Positions 26,209 to 35,837 of a DNA stretch of 64,000 nt are shown here, piece by piece. Every line of letters starts with the position of its first letter. The first letter of the stretch is position 1. The notes under the pieces are model-generated. The model searched no databases, was not told the origin of the DNA, and was given only the letters and a program-made list of their open reading frames with translations. Source of the DNA: Bacteroidales bacterium (GTDB lineage Bacteria; Bacteroidota; Bacteroidia; Bacteroidales; GCA-2748055); the NCBI GenBank assembly GCA_029938715.1, contig JAOZUK010000006.1, forward strand, positions 3,069-67,068. The letters run 5' to 3'. Both the position numbers and the translations under genes were made by a program.

Positions 26209-27390
26209 ATGGGATTTGAAATAGATAAGGGCGGAAATTACGGGGAATTTGGAGGTGCCTATATCCCCGAAATGCTCTATCCCAATATCAGGGAGCTGGA
26301 GGAAAACTATGTGAAGATTACCACATCGGAACAGTTTAAAAACGAATTTAGTAAGCTGCTAAAAGATTATGCAGGCCGTCCAACTCCACTGTTCAAAGCA
26401 GAGCGTTTATCGGCGCACTTCGGGATGAATATCTATCTGAAAAGAGAGGACCTGAATCACACAGGTGCACATAAAATCAATAACACCATTGGTCAGATAC
26501 TGGTGGCCAGACACCTGGGAAAAAAGCGAATCATTGCTGAAACAGGGGCCGGACAGCATGGGGTGGCAACTGCCACTGTTTGCGCGCTCCATGGAATGCA
26601 TTGCATTGTATATATGGGAGCACTGGATGTGGAGCGCCAGGCACCCAATGTGAAGAAAATGAAGATGCTGGGAGCCGAGGTGGTGCCTGTTCATAGTGGA
26701 AATAAGACCCTGAAAGATGCCACCAATGAAGCTATCCGCGACTGGATAAACCATCCGGTGGAAACCCATTATATCATTGGTTCGGTGGTGGGGCCACATC
26801 CATATCCTGATATGGTGACCCGGTTTCAGTCTGTTATCTCAGAGGAGATAAAAGTGCAACTTTCAGAGAAAACAGGAAGAGATTATCCCGACTACCTGGT
26901 GGCCTGCGTAGGGGGGGGCAGCAATGCGGCAGGTGCTTATTTTCATTACCTGGAGGATGAGCGCGTAAAGTTGATTTCGGCTGAGGCTGCTGGAATGGGG
27001 GTAAACAGTGGTATGACAGCAGCCACCTCTTTGCTGGGTACAACAGGGATTATCCATGGAAGTAAAACACTGTTGATGCAAGATGGAGATGGCCAGATAG
27101 TGGAACCCTATTCCATCTCGGCCGGTCTGGATTATCCTGGCGTCGGGCCCTTGCATGCATGGTTAGCCAAAACCGGAAGGGCCAGTGTGTATGCTGCCAC
27201 AGATGATGAGGCACTTCAGGCAGCTCTGCTCTGTACCCGGATGGAAGGAATTATCCCGGCCCTGGAATCGGCCCATGCAATTGCCATACTGGATAGAATT
27301 CCTGCAGGAAGGGAAGAGACCGTGGTGGTGAACCTTTCGGGCAGAGGGGATAAGGATATGGAGACCTATATTGATAAACTTGGACTATAG
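26209..27390 (+). CDS. trpB: tryptophan synthase beta chain
   Basis: 393 aa with the PLP site HTGAHKINN, then [12 protein letters not shown] and VGGGSNAAG. Confidence 0.97.
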   Translation: MGFEIDKGGNYGEFGGAYIPEMLYPNIRELEENYVKITTSEQFKNEFSKLLKDYAGRPTPLFKAERLSAHFGMNIYLKREDLNHTGAHKINNTIGQILVARHLGKKRIIAETGAGQHGVATATVCALHGMHCIVYMGALDVERQAPNVKKMKMLGAEVVPVHSGNKTLKDATNEAIRDWINHPVETHYIIGSVVGPHPYPDMVTRFQSVISEEIKVQLSEKTGRDYPDYLVACVGGGSNAAGAYFHYLEDERVKLISAEAAGMGVNSGMTAATSLLGTTGIIHGSKTLLMQDGDGQIVEPYSISAGLDYPGVGPLHAWLAKTGRASVYAATDDEALQAALLCTRMEGIIPALESAHAIAILDRIPAGREETVVVNLSGRGDKDMETYIDKLGL

Positions 27391-27399
27391 AGTAAGATC

Positions 27400-28185
27400 A
27401 TGAACAGAATTGACCATCTATTCAAAAATAAAACCGGAGAAATTCTTTCCATCTACATCACAGCAGGCTACCCGGGCCTGAATGATACCTCTGCCCTTAT
27501 CAAGTCTTTGGCCAGGCATGGTGCAGATATGATTGAGATAGGGATTCCATTCTCGGATCCGCTGGCAGATGGTCCGGTAATTCAGAAGAGCAGTCAGGTT
27601 GCACTGGGCAACGGGATGAGTTTGAGACTGCTTTTCAATCAACTGGAAGAGATACGTCATGTTGTGGATATTCCTCTGGTAATGATGGGGTATCTCAATC
27701 CGGTACTGAAAATGGGTATGGAGACTTTTCTTGAGAATTGTCAATCTATAGGTATTGATGGAGTTATCATTCCCGATTTGCCACCACGGGAGTATGCATC
27801 CCTTTATCGTGAACAGTTTCAATCCTTTGGAATTTATCATCCACTCCTGATCACACCGCACACAGAGGTGGAAAGGATCGATTGGATTGCCGGATTATCC
27901 ACCGGTTTTATTTACCTGGTTGCCGATTCGGCTACTACCGGATCAAAGTCATCCCTGGGTCCTCACCAGCTGGAGTATTTTCAACGCATACAGAAGATGA
28001 ACCTTTCTATTCCATCATTGATCGGATTTGGAATATCAAATCATGAGACCTTCAGTGCTGCATGCGGTTTTGCCCATGGGGCCATCATTGGAAGTGCTTT
28101 TATTAATGCCATTGGCCAAGAGCAGAGAGAGACACTTGATAACAGGGTGGCACAATTTATTAAGGGAATAAAGGTTGAAGAGTGA
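27400..28185 (+). CDS. trpA: tryptophan synthase alpha chain
   Basis: 261 aa with EIGIPFSDPLADGPVIQ and GFGIS. Confidence 0.95.
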   Translation: MNRIDHLFKNKTGEILSIYITAGYPGLNDTSALIKSLARHGADMIEIGIPFSDPLADGPVIQKSSQVALGNGMSLRLLFNQLEEIRHVVDIPLVMMGYLNPVLKMGMETFLENCQSIGIDGVIIPDLPPREYASLYREQFQSFGIYHPLLITPHTEVERIDWIAGLSTGFIYLVADSATTGSKSSLGPHQLEYFQRIQKMNLSIPSLIGFGISNHETFSAACGFAHGAIIGSAFINAIGQEQRETLDNRVAQFIKGIKVEE

Positions 28186-28187
28186 CC

Positions 28188-28214
28188 GGTTACATATGGC
28201 TTCGCCATGTTACA
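28188..28214 (+). repeat. 27-nt hairpin element, copy 2 (2 nt after the trpA stop)
   Basis: Identical to 23704..23730 and in the same orientation. It is not followed by a T-run (TTAAAG). Confidence 0.85.
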
Positions 28215-28264
28215 TTAAAGAAATAATTGGGTTCTCCCGGCTAAGAATGCAAAGATGCAATTTG

Positions 28265-28978
28265 CTATTTTATCCAGATAATGCCCTTGATCCCAACACG
28301 CCAACCGGTCCAGTCTGAAGTCAAAACTCTCTGGCGGTCGTTAGGATCCAGTAACTTATTGCCTGTTTCCCTGTTTTTTAATTTGCCGGGTAGATCAACC
28401 AGGTATCCCCCTTCAATTCCAATGGCTGATTCCTTGAATGTATAGAGAAATTCGAGTCCTACCGATCCATTGGGACTGATGGAATTATACTTGTTGTGAG
28501 TGGTACTGGAGAGGCTCAGAACATTAATGGAGGATGTAATATCCAGGTTGGTAAAGTTGGCATCCAGTCGTCCATAAAGTGACAGATTCAGGTGGTCGGA
28601 GCCAATCAACGAATAGTTCACTGATGCACCAAGCCGATGAGATACTGCGATCATATCTGTATAAATAGTTCCTGAATAGTCGGTATAGTTTGCCCGGGCC
28701 CCAGTGGTGGTGTAGGTGTAACCGGCATCGACCCGCAAATGGGGATAAATCTGGCGGAGAATGTTTACTGATCCACTGAAGTAGGGAGGAAATGAACTGA
28801 TGATTTCTCCTTCCAGCGGGTAGGATATCAAGATAATATCCATGAGATATTTCATATCATCCATCTGAAAAGTGGCTCCACCCAATGAAACTGAAACTCC
28901 GGTCTTTTGAGCAGTAGCCCCAGTGAAAATGCACACAGCGAGTGCAACCACCATACAGTATCGTATTAAACCACTCAT
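28265..28978 (-). CDS. small outer-membrane beta-barrel protein (predicted)
   Basis: 237 aa with a signal peptide (VALAVCIFTGATAQ). It has alternating strand-like segments rich in Y/G/S/T. It overlaps the upstream lipoprotein gene by 4 nt. Confidence 0.5.
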   Translation of the reverse strand: MSGLIRYCMVVALAVCIFTGATAQKTGVSVSLGGATFQMDDMKYLMDIILISYPLEGEIISSFPPYFSGSVNILRQIYPHLRVDAGYTYTTTGARANYTDYSGTIYTDMIAVSHRLGASVNYSLIGSDHLNLSLYGRLDANFTNLDITSSINVLSLSSTTHNKYNSISPNGSVGLEFLYTFKESAIGIEGGYLVDLPGKLKNRETGNKLLDPNDRQRVLTSDWTGWRVGIKGIIWIK

Positions 28979-29433
28979 TTTATATTCCAGGTAAAGTCAA
29001 TGGCATATTTGAGTCCAATGTTCTGTGCTTCAAGACCGACCACATCGGCGAGACTATTGGTGTTGCTTGAATAGTAGATATTCATCCTCAGTGTATCGAT
29101 TCCGGGAACTTCGGCGTCATAGGAGTAAATCCAGAATGATCCCATTGTGGTATCAGATTCATAGACCGGTGCGTTGCCCACCAGTACATCGAGTATATAT
29201 AGTTTTCCATTCTGGATGGAGATATCGTATACCACCTCCAGACTATCATATACCACTGGATTATCAATGGAATCCAGGTTGGTTGTGGCCCATACCACTG
29301 GTGGATCGTCGGGGACGGGATCGACTGTATAAACTCCATCGTTTGAGTACATACAGGCATTGACTATGGTAACAATGATCCCTGCCAGAAGTATGAAAGT
29401 TCTGCTCTTCATTAAGAGCCCCAAAAGTAGCAA
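28975..29433 (-). CDS. small lipoprotein, unknown function
   Basis: 152 aa with a hydrophobic leader ending in the lipobox-like IVNAC. I recognise no family. Confidence 0.45.
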   Translation of the reverse strand: MLLLGLLMKSRTFILLAGIIVTIVNACMYSNDGVYTVDPVPDDPPVVWATTNLDSIDNPVVYDSLEVVYDISIQNGKLYILDVLVGNAPVYESDTTMGSFWIYSYDAEVPGIDTLRMNIYYSSNTNSLADVVGLEAQNIGLKYAIDFTWNIK

Positions 29434-29481
29434 AAAATGTGAAAAATGTTAAAAGATGTAATCGGTAGACAGCTGGAGTAA

Positions 29482-30450
29482 TTAGTTTAGCTCATTTTCA
29501 ATGATCTGCTGAAGTACGCCTTCCATATTCATTCCGGCTTTTTCCACCTGCTGTGGAATGATGCTCTCTCCGGACATCCCGGGAATTGAGTTTAGCTCCA
29601 GGAAGTAGATCTGGTTGCCCTTGATGATGAAATCGGCCCTGATAATTCCCGAACAATCGGTAAGGTCATAGATCATTTTAGCAAGATCCACGCATTGACT
29701 GGCCAGACCAATGGGTATGCGGGCAGGGGTTATCTCCTCCGCTCTCCCTTCTGTGTATTTGGCTTCATAGTCGAAGAACTCATTTTTCGGGACGATCTCT
29801 GTGATGGGGAAAACTGTGAATTCATTCCTGATTTTCATCAGCCCGCAGGTTACTTCAGTACCTTTTATATATCGCTCTACAATGGCTTCACTGTCTTCCC
29901 GGAGTGCTTCGTCCAGAGCAGGCTTCAGCTCTTCGAACCTGACCACCTTGGCAGCACCGAAACTTGAACCACCACTATTGGGTTTTACAAAACATGGAAA
30001 TCCCACCACTTCGGCAATCGCTTCCAGGTCCGGCTCCAGCTTTCTCTTCACCAGGCGTGCTTCGGGGGTGAGCACCCCGTGGTGCATCAGGAAACTCTTA
30101 CAGGTATATTTATTAAAAGTAAGAGCCGATGAGAGGTGATTGGAACAGCTATAGGGAATGCCTTCCATGTCAAAGCATCCCTGAAGCTTACCATCCTCAC
30201 CCGGTGTCCCGTGGATGGTATTCCAAACAAAATCAAAAGAGATATTTTTCCGGTTCAGCTTTACGCTAAAACTATTTTTATCCAGAGGTACCCTTTGATC
30301 TTCATATAGAATCGTCCAGTTCCCCTTTTTTACCTCCACCAGAAAACAGGAATGACCTGCCAGCTCAAGCCATCTTTTCACCTGCTTTGCACTCTTCACT
30401 GAGATTTCAAATTCTGAAGAATCTCCTCCACTAAATATGGCTATATTCAT
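29482..30450 (-). CDS. ddl: D-alanine--D-alanine ligase
   Basis: Starts at ATG 30450 (MNIAIFSGGDSSEFEISVKSA). It has the ATP-grasp blocks FPCFVKPNSGGSSFG and the C-terminal FLELNSIPGMS. The ORF is open to 30492. Confidence 0.92.
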   Translation of the reverse strand: MNIAIFSGGDSSEFEISVKSAKQVKRWLELAGHSCFLVEVKKGNWTILYEDQRVPLDKNSFSVKLNRKNISFDFVWNTIHGTPGEDGKLQGCFDMEGIPYSCSNHLSSALTFNKYTCKSFLMHHGVLTPEARLVKRKLEPDLEAIAEVVGFPCFVKPNSGGSSFGAAKVVRFEELKPALDEALREDSEAIVERYIKGTEVTCGLMKIRNEFTVFPITEIVPKNEFFDYEAKYTEGRAEEITPARIPIGLASQCVDLAKMIYDLTDCSGIIRADFIIKGNQIYFLELNSIPGMSGESIIPQQVEKAGMNMEGVLQQIIENELN

Positions 30451-30578
30451 GATCCTTGTTCTTGAACGGTTCTCCCCATATAAATTTAACACCTTTTAGA
30501 CAAAACCGCCTAATGGCAGGTGTCTCAATTTTGACGAATGGAATGATACATCCATGAACGTACTTAATTTTTAGATCA

Positions 30579-31613
30579 TTAGGCCTGGTTTTCTGTACGC
30601 CCCTGGATATAAGAGCGCCATTTTTCCATCAGATGCTGAAATCCTGGGGGAAGGGGTGCTTCAAAAAGCAGCTCTTTATCTGTGGAAGGATGCTGAAAGC
30701 CCAGGGTCCTGGCATGTAATGCCTGTCCGGGAATAAGCTCAAAACAATTTTGCACAAACTGCTTATACTTGGTGAAAGTGGTTCCCTTCAGGATTCTGTT
30801 GCCCCCGTATTCCGGATCGTTGAACAGGGGATGGGAGAGGTATTGAAAATGCACCCTTATCTGATGGGTCCGGCCGGTTTCCAGCTTGCACTCAACCAGG
30901 TTTACATATCCCAGCCGTTCAATTACGCGATAATGAGTAATTGCGGCCTTTCCCTGGTCACCTTCTGCAAATACATACATTTGTTTCCGGTCTTTTGGAT
31001 TTCGTCCAATGTGCCCTTCAACGGTTCCCTCATCCGTTTTCATATCTCCCCACACCAGTGCACTGTATGTTCTCTTAGTAGATCTGTGAAAGAATTGACT
31101 GGCCAGCTTATTCAAAGCAAGTTCATTCTTTGCTACTACAAGCAATCCAGAGGTGTTCTTGTCAATCCTATGTACCAGACCGGGCCTCTCCTCTCCACTG
31201 CTGAATAGTGGATTATCCTTAAGGTGAAACATAAGGGCATTGATCAGGGTTCCCGTATAATTCCCGTAACCTGGATGCACAACCATACCTGCAATTTTGT
31301 TTACCACTAACAAATCGTCATCTTCGTATACAACTTCAATGGGAATATCTTCAGGGATCAATTCAATTTTCCGTGGGGGGTGAGGCAGTACAATGGTGAT
31401 TGTGTCACCCGGTTTAACCCGGTAGTTTGGTTTTACTGGGAGTGTATTTACCAGGATGTTGCCCGCCCTTGCAGCAGACTGAATTCTGTTTCGTGAGGTT
31501 CCTTCGAGCTTATTAAACAGAAACTTGTCGATCCTTAAATGAGTCTGACCAGGATCAGCGAGAAATTTGAAATGTTCATATAGTTCGTTATGGTCGGTCG
31601 GGTCCAGGGTCAT
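30579..31613 (-). CDS. rluD: RluA-family 23S rRNA pseudouridine synthase (RluD-like)
   Basis: 344 aa. It has an N-terminal S4-like domain, the catalytic HRIDKNTSGLLVVAK, then TGRTHQIRVH. Confidence 0.9.
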   Translation of the reverse strand: MTLDPTDHNELYEHFKFLADPGQTHLRIDKFLFNKLEGTSRNRIQSAARAGNILVNTLPVKPNYRVKPGDTITIVLPHPPRKIELIPEDIPIEVVYEDDDLLVVNKIAGMVVHPGYGNYTGTLINALMFHLKDNPLFSSGEERPGLVHRIDKNTSGLLVVAKNELALNKLASQFFHRSTKRTYSALVWGDMKTDEGTVEGHIGRNPKDRKQMYVFAEGDQGKAAITHYRVIERLGYVNLVECKLETGRTHQIRVHFQYLSHPLFNDPEYGGNRILKGTTFTKYKQFVQNCFELIPGQALHARTLGFQHPSTDKELLFEAPLPPGFQHLMEKWRSYIQGRTENQA

Positions 31614-31616
31614 TAG

Positions 31617-33509
31617 CTAAGGATTGATCAAAAGTTTTGAGTGGTAGATAATCGATCCTGAAATAGCACGTATGTAGTAAATGCCCTGGCTGAGGTCCGA
31701 AATATCCAGGCTATTGGAACTGGTAACGATTTGCCGTATGAGGCGCCCGGAAGCATCTATAATTTCGATCTGTAGTTCTGTAGCTTTATGAGCCTCAGGA
31801 ATATTGAAGTAGACCAGGTCTCTGGCTGGGTTGGGATAGATCTGAAGGGTCGTATATGTTTCGGTTGAACTTTCAAATCCAGTGGATTCATCGTAGAGGA
31901 ATGGCCTGAACATTATTACACCAGGAGCATCTGATACCTGCCAGCTTCCCTGAATGTTGTAATACATGACTGGATTTGCTGGAATATTGTTCAGATCGAG
32001 CCCTGCGTTAAGAATATACTGGTTGTATTGCCTCCATCCCACAAAAAAGGGCCCGTCCACGGGAACCGGTTCTGAGAAATGGTATTTTACAAACCCCGGA
32101 TAAGTGGTGGAATATTCAACCTTATAGTCCTTTTCGTCTTCCCAAATCACTGATCCTGGTTTGCCTTCATCCTCGTCCCAGACCACCAGTTTAAAATAGT
32201 ATCCAAGATTTAGAGAATCATAAACCTGATTAAAGGAGATGTTTACCCCTCCAAGATAGTCAGCCTGGTAGGAGTTGTATTTCATGGCTACCAGTCCTCC
32301 TGCTGTTCCGCTTCCACGCAATCCGTACCCGGCTTCGGCAGTTCCATCATCATAGGCATAATAGTCCATGAAAAGCTGCTCATGAATGACCGTATCATTC
32401 ATTTTCGGGTCAAATTCGTCTGTTCGCAATGCAGCTTTAAATCTGATGAGTGCCGATTCTCCACGGTCGAAATCAAAAGGGTATATAAAACCAAAATTGA
32501 CCACTGTATCTTCCATTCCCGGCAGATCCTGTGCTGTGGGAACACCCGGATTGTGTGTTTCGTTATAGGCTGGTTCATAAATTGAGAGTGAACGGGTCAC
32601 ATTCCTGGTAATGGTGTCGTTGTTTTTGTAGCGGCCCGATATAAAGGGATAGAGGACAGTGTTGTAGGCGGCTTCGAAATGGGACCAGGGCAAAGAGGTC
32701 AGGTCTTTAAGAATGGAGTTAAGTGGCGTGACAAAGGCCACATCCCGAAGAACTGTATCCGATGCGAACCGGTTGCCGTGCAACCTGACGTAATCCACAT
32801 GCCAGTAGTCCACATTGCTTCTCATATCAGCGAAATCGTTGTTTTTAGCCAGGCTGGCTCTGTTTCTGAACCTGAATCTGAACCCCTCCACCAGGAACCT
32901 GCTTTCTGTAATGGGGATCATGGCATGACGGAAGGGTTGAAGCTCGGTTCCGGGTACTCTCCAGACGTTTATCCAGCGGGCAGAGTCAGTAGCGTAGAAA
33001 TCAACCATCAACGAATCCCCCTCCTCGGGCAGGTTACAGAGTCCACCTGGCTGGAAGAGAAAACTGAGATATATGCTGTCTGAGGCAGGATAATCAAGCT
33101 TGACGGGGTGAGTGGTCAAATGATCTGCCACAAAGGTGTTAGGAGATAAAAGAGCATGACTGTAAATGTTGCCGGCAGAGTCCAGTGCATCAAGGGTGGC
33201 TACACCATTGGATACAGGATTGAGGCAGAAGTTGTTATTCACAAATGCACCGGCATCGCTCCACAGCTCACTATCGGGTAGAATGTCTGAGTCAGAAAAG
33301 TCATCAAACAGGGGGAGTTCCAGAAGGATAACCTGAGCTGTTTTTTTTGTAGATGCATTGGATGGTTGCCCACCCGGAGCCCTTGGATTATTGAAAAGAG
33401 GTGTGATCACTTCCTGGGCTTCAACTACCGATAGCCAGGCAAAACCCAATAAAAAACCTGTTAAAAATCTATAGGGATTCCTCATGAATAATTTCTGTGT
33501 CATCACCAA
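31617..33509 (-). CDS. secreted protein with T9SS (Por) C-terminal sorting domain
   Basis: 630 aa with a signal peptide (FLLGFAWLSVVEAQ). The C-terminal ~80 aa, LQIYPNPARDLVYFNIP...IEIIDASGRLI...LSQGIYYIRAIS...SKLLI, is typical of the T9SS CTD. Confidence 0.75.
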   Translation of the reverse strand: MVMTQKLFMRNPYRFLTGFLLGFAWLSVVEAQEVITPLFNNPRAPGGQPSNASTKKTAQVILLELPLFDDFSDSDILPDSELWSDAGAFVNNNFCLNPVSNGVATLDALDSAGNIYSHALLSPNTFVADHLTTHPVKLDYPASDSIYLSFLFQPGGLCNLPEEGDSLMVDFYATDSARWINVWRVPGTELQPFRHAMIPITESRFLVEGFRFRFRNRASLAKNNDFADMRSNVDYWHVDYVRLHGNRFASDTVLRDVAFVTPLNSILKDLTSLPWSHFEAAYNTVLYPFISGRYKNNDTITRNVTRSLSIYEPAYNETHNPGVPTAQDLPGMEDTVVNFGFIYPFDFDRGESALIRFKAALRTDEFDPKMNDTVIHEQLFMDYYAYDDGTAEAGYGLRGSGTAGGLVAMKYNSYQADYLGGVNISFNQVYDSLNLGYYFKLVVWDEDEGKPGSVIWEDEKDYKVEYSTTYPGFVKYHFSEPVPVDGPFFVGWRQYNQYILNAGLDLNNIPANPVMYYNIQGSWQVSDAPGVIMFRPFLYDESTGFESSTETYTTLQIYPNPARDLVYFNIPEAHKATELQIEIIDASGRLIRQIVTSSNSLDISDLSQGIYYIRAISGSIIYHSKLLINP

Positions 33510-34311
33510 AGAGGATAGAATCGGGTTGAGGCAAAAGGGTTGAATCTATGGTCAGCCAGATATCCACCTCTATCCCCATGTTCAATCTGCTGAACTCTTC
33601 GAATTCGGGGTACTGCCTCCATATGAAAGAAGCTGAACTATCTTCAGCAGTCTCCATGCTTTCATCGTAGGTAATGGCACCTATATTCAAATAGAAATCT
33701 GCAATCATATCTGCGGCTGCTTCCAGACCTAACCCGATCAGATCAGGTACCCGGGTTGTTTCACTGCTCAGACCCATACCCAGGACCAGGTCGATCACTG
33801 TACCTTTGGTAATTTCTGTTCCTTCATTAATAACGGAGCCATCCTGCATTTGTTGTAGCACATTGTTGATCGCATAATCGGGCCTGTACTTAATATCACC
33901 CAGTAATAAGCCGGCATTCTGAAGTGCAAGTCTGGCCTGCCTGATAGAGAGACCAACCAGCCGGGGCATGGATACCATCTCAGGATTAACTGCATTCATA
34001 GTCAGGAAGATCTTCCTGTTATTCTTTACCCTCGAATTGGCTTTCGGATTTTGTTTCAATACCGTTCCCCTTGGTAATTCATTGGAGAATACCGAATCAA
34101 CCACCTCGAACCGAAGGTGCCTGGAGGTGGTCACATCCCCTACTTCATCAGTGGTCAGACCGGTCAGGTTTGGAACAGTAATGGCCTGACCATGATGTGT
34201 ATATACCCTAAGCCATAACATTACTGCAAGCATCAGTATGATTCCTAGGGCAATGGCATAACCCAGGTGGCGGAAAAACTTCTTTGAGAGGAGAAACCTA
34301 AGAAAATCCAT
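33469..34311 (-). CDS. PASTA domain-containing membrane protein
   Basis: 280 aa with one N-terminal TM helix and three PASTA-like repeats (VPNLTGLTTDEV, MPRLVGLSIRQARLAL, VPDLIGLGLEAAADMI). Confidence 0.8.
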   Translation of the reverse strand: MDFLRFLLSKKFFRHLGYAIALGIILMLAVMLWLRVYTHHGQAITVPNLTGLTTDEVGDVTTSRHLRFEVVDSVFSNELPRGTVLKQNPKANSRVKNNRKIFLTMNAVNPEMVSMPRLVGLSIRQARLALQNAGLLLGDIKYRPDYAINNVLQQMQDGSVINEGTEITKGTVIDLVLGMGLSSETTRVPDLIGLGLEAAADMIADFYLNIGAITYDESMETAEDSSASFIWRQYPEFEEFSRLNMGIEVDIWLTIDSTLLPQPDSILFGDDTEIIHEESL

Positions 34312-34351
34312 TTAAAAACTTTGCATAAAGGTAAGGTTTATTCAGTGATTT

Positions 34352-35788
34352 CTATGAGCCATGGGTACTAAGACCGGTTTTAGTGATGACCGACGATTCC
34401 TGGTATACCTCATAGTCTGTATTGATGGCCCACAGGTTATGGTCTGCCCCATCCAGGATGTTTTCAGAAACTCGCATCCCCATCAGAATACTGTGATCCT
34501 GGTTGTTGTACTTATAGGCCCCATACCTGCCGATCACGTGCAATCCTTCCACCGAACTCAGATATTCTTCAACAGGCTTCATCACTTCACTGTATCCTCT
34601 GAAATAGACCGGGTAACAACGTGGCAGTCTGACCACCTTCCCGTCTTTTACATCCCCTTCGCGGACCAGCCCTGTGCGTACAATTTCTTTGGTGGCAGTT
34701 TTCACAAGCTCATCCGGATCTTGGCTCCAGATGGGATCGTCGAAATAGCACCAGTATTCCAGACAGAGTATGGAGGAGTCAGAATCTCCATAGATAGTAG
34801 GTAGCCAGTTTCTAAAGTTGGTTACCCGGCCTACCTCCACAGAATGTTCATGAATATAGAGCCATTGATCGGTAAAAAGATCAGTCCTGTCTATCCTGAG
34901 ATAGACCAGGATGGTATTCCTGAAAGTTAGCTTCTTTGATAGCTCCATCACTTTTAGGGGGACTTCGGGTAAACGCTCAACCAGTAAAGAGATGGGCATG
35001 GTGGAGATCACATGATCATAGGGTTTGATCTCCCCGTTTTCAAGTTGAATAGAGGCAGCTTTCCCGGCTGAAGTGATTACTTTTTCTACCCCTGTATTGA
35101 TATAAACATTTGCTCCACGTGATTCAATCTGTTCCTGCATTGCTTCATATACAGCCCCAGTTCCTCTTGTGGGATACGCAAACTGATCAACAAGGGTCGC
35201 ATGCCTGTTTCCCTTGCCTTGAAACAGGGCGTTTTTAATGGCTTCAAAAAGTGAAAGTTTTTTAATTCGCTGGGCGGCAAAATCAGAATCCAGATCGCTG
35301 CATGAAATACCCCAGAGCTTTTCAGAATATGTTTTAAAGAAAATTGTATACAACCTCTTTCCAAACCTGCTGGTAACCCACCCTTCGAATGTGGAAGTAT
35401 CACTGGTTGGAAAAAGGAGTTCTGCCAGGTAACTGAGCAAACAACGCACGGCTTCAAGAATGCCCAGACCCCGGAGTGCATTAAATGCCTTGATTGGATA
35501 ATCGAAGAACCGTTTTTTATAGTAAATCCTGGTTTGCCTGTTTACAATGTCATAGTTCTGTTCAACAACTTCAAGCCAGAGGTTGTTAATATCTCTGTCC
35601 TGGCTAAAAAAGCGGTGTGGGCCCAGGTCGACCCTCTGTTTCCATAGCTCGATGGATTTAGCTAATCCACCCACCCCATCGCTTTTTTCATATAGATCCA
35701 GAACCGATACCTTGTCCCCCAGTTTTTTAGAGAGCTCATATGCTGCCGTCATACCTGCCGGTCCGGCTCCGATCACTGCAATTCTCAT
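34352..35788 (-). CDS. FAD-dependent oxidoreductase (amine oxidase / UDP-galactopyranose mutase-like fold)
   Basis: 478 aa with the dinucleotide fold MRIAVIGAGPAGMTAAYEL. The C-terminal GRYGAYKYNNQDHSI resembles the GR.G.Y.Y block of Glf-like flavoenzymes. Confidence 0.7.
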   Translation of the reverse strand: MRIAVIGAGPAGMTAAYELSKKLGDKVSVLDLYEKSDGVGGLAKSIELWKQRVDLGPHRFFSQDRDINNLWLEVVEQNYDIVNRQTRIYYKKRFFDYPIKAFNALRGLGILEAVRCLLSYLAELLFPTSDTSTFEGWVTSRFGKRLYTIFFKTYSEKLWGISCSDLDSDFAAQRIKKLSLFEAIKNALFQGKGNRHATLVDQFAYPTRGTGAVYEAMQEQIESRGANVYINTGVEKVITSAGKAASIQLENGEIKPYDHVISTMPISLLVERLPEVPLKVMELSKKLTFRNTILVYLRIDRTDLFTDQWLYIHEHSVEVGRVTNFRNWLPTIYGDSDSSILCLEYWCYFDDPIWSQDPDELVKTATKEIVRTGLVREGDVKDGKVVRLPRCYPVYFRGYSEVMKPVEEYLSSVEGLHVIGRYGAYKYNNQDHSILMGMRVSENILDGADHNLWAINTDYEVYQESSVITKTGLSTHGS

Positions 35789-35837
35789 TTATCTATTTTT
35801 CGAAATGAAATCCAATATCATACTCAGAAAAAAAACG

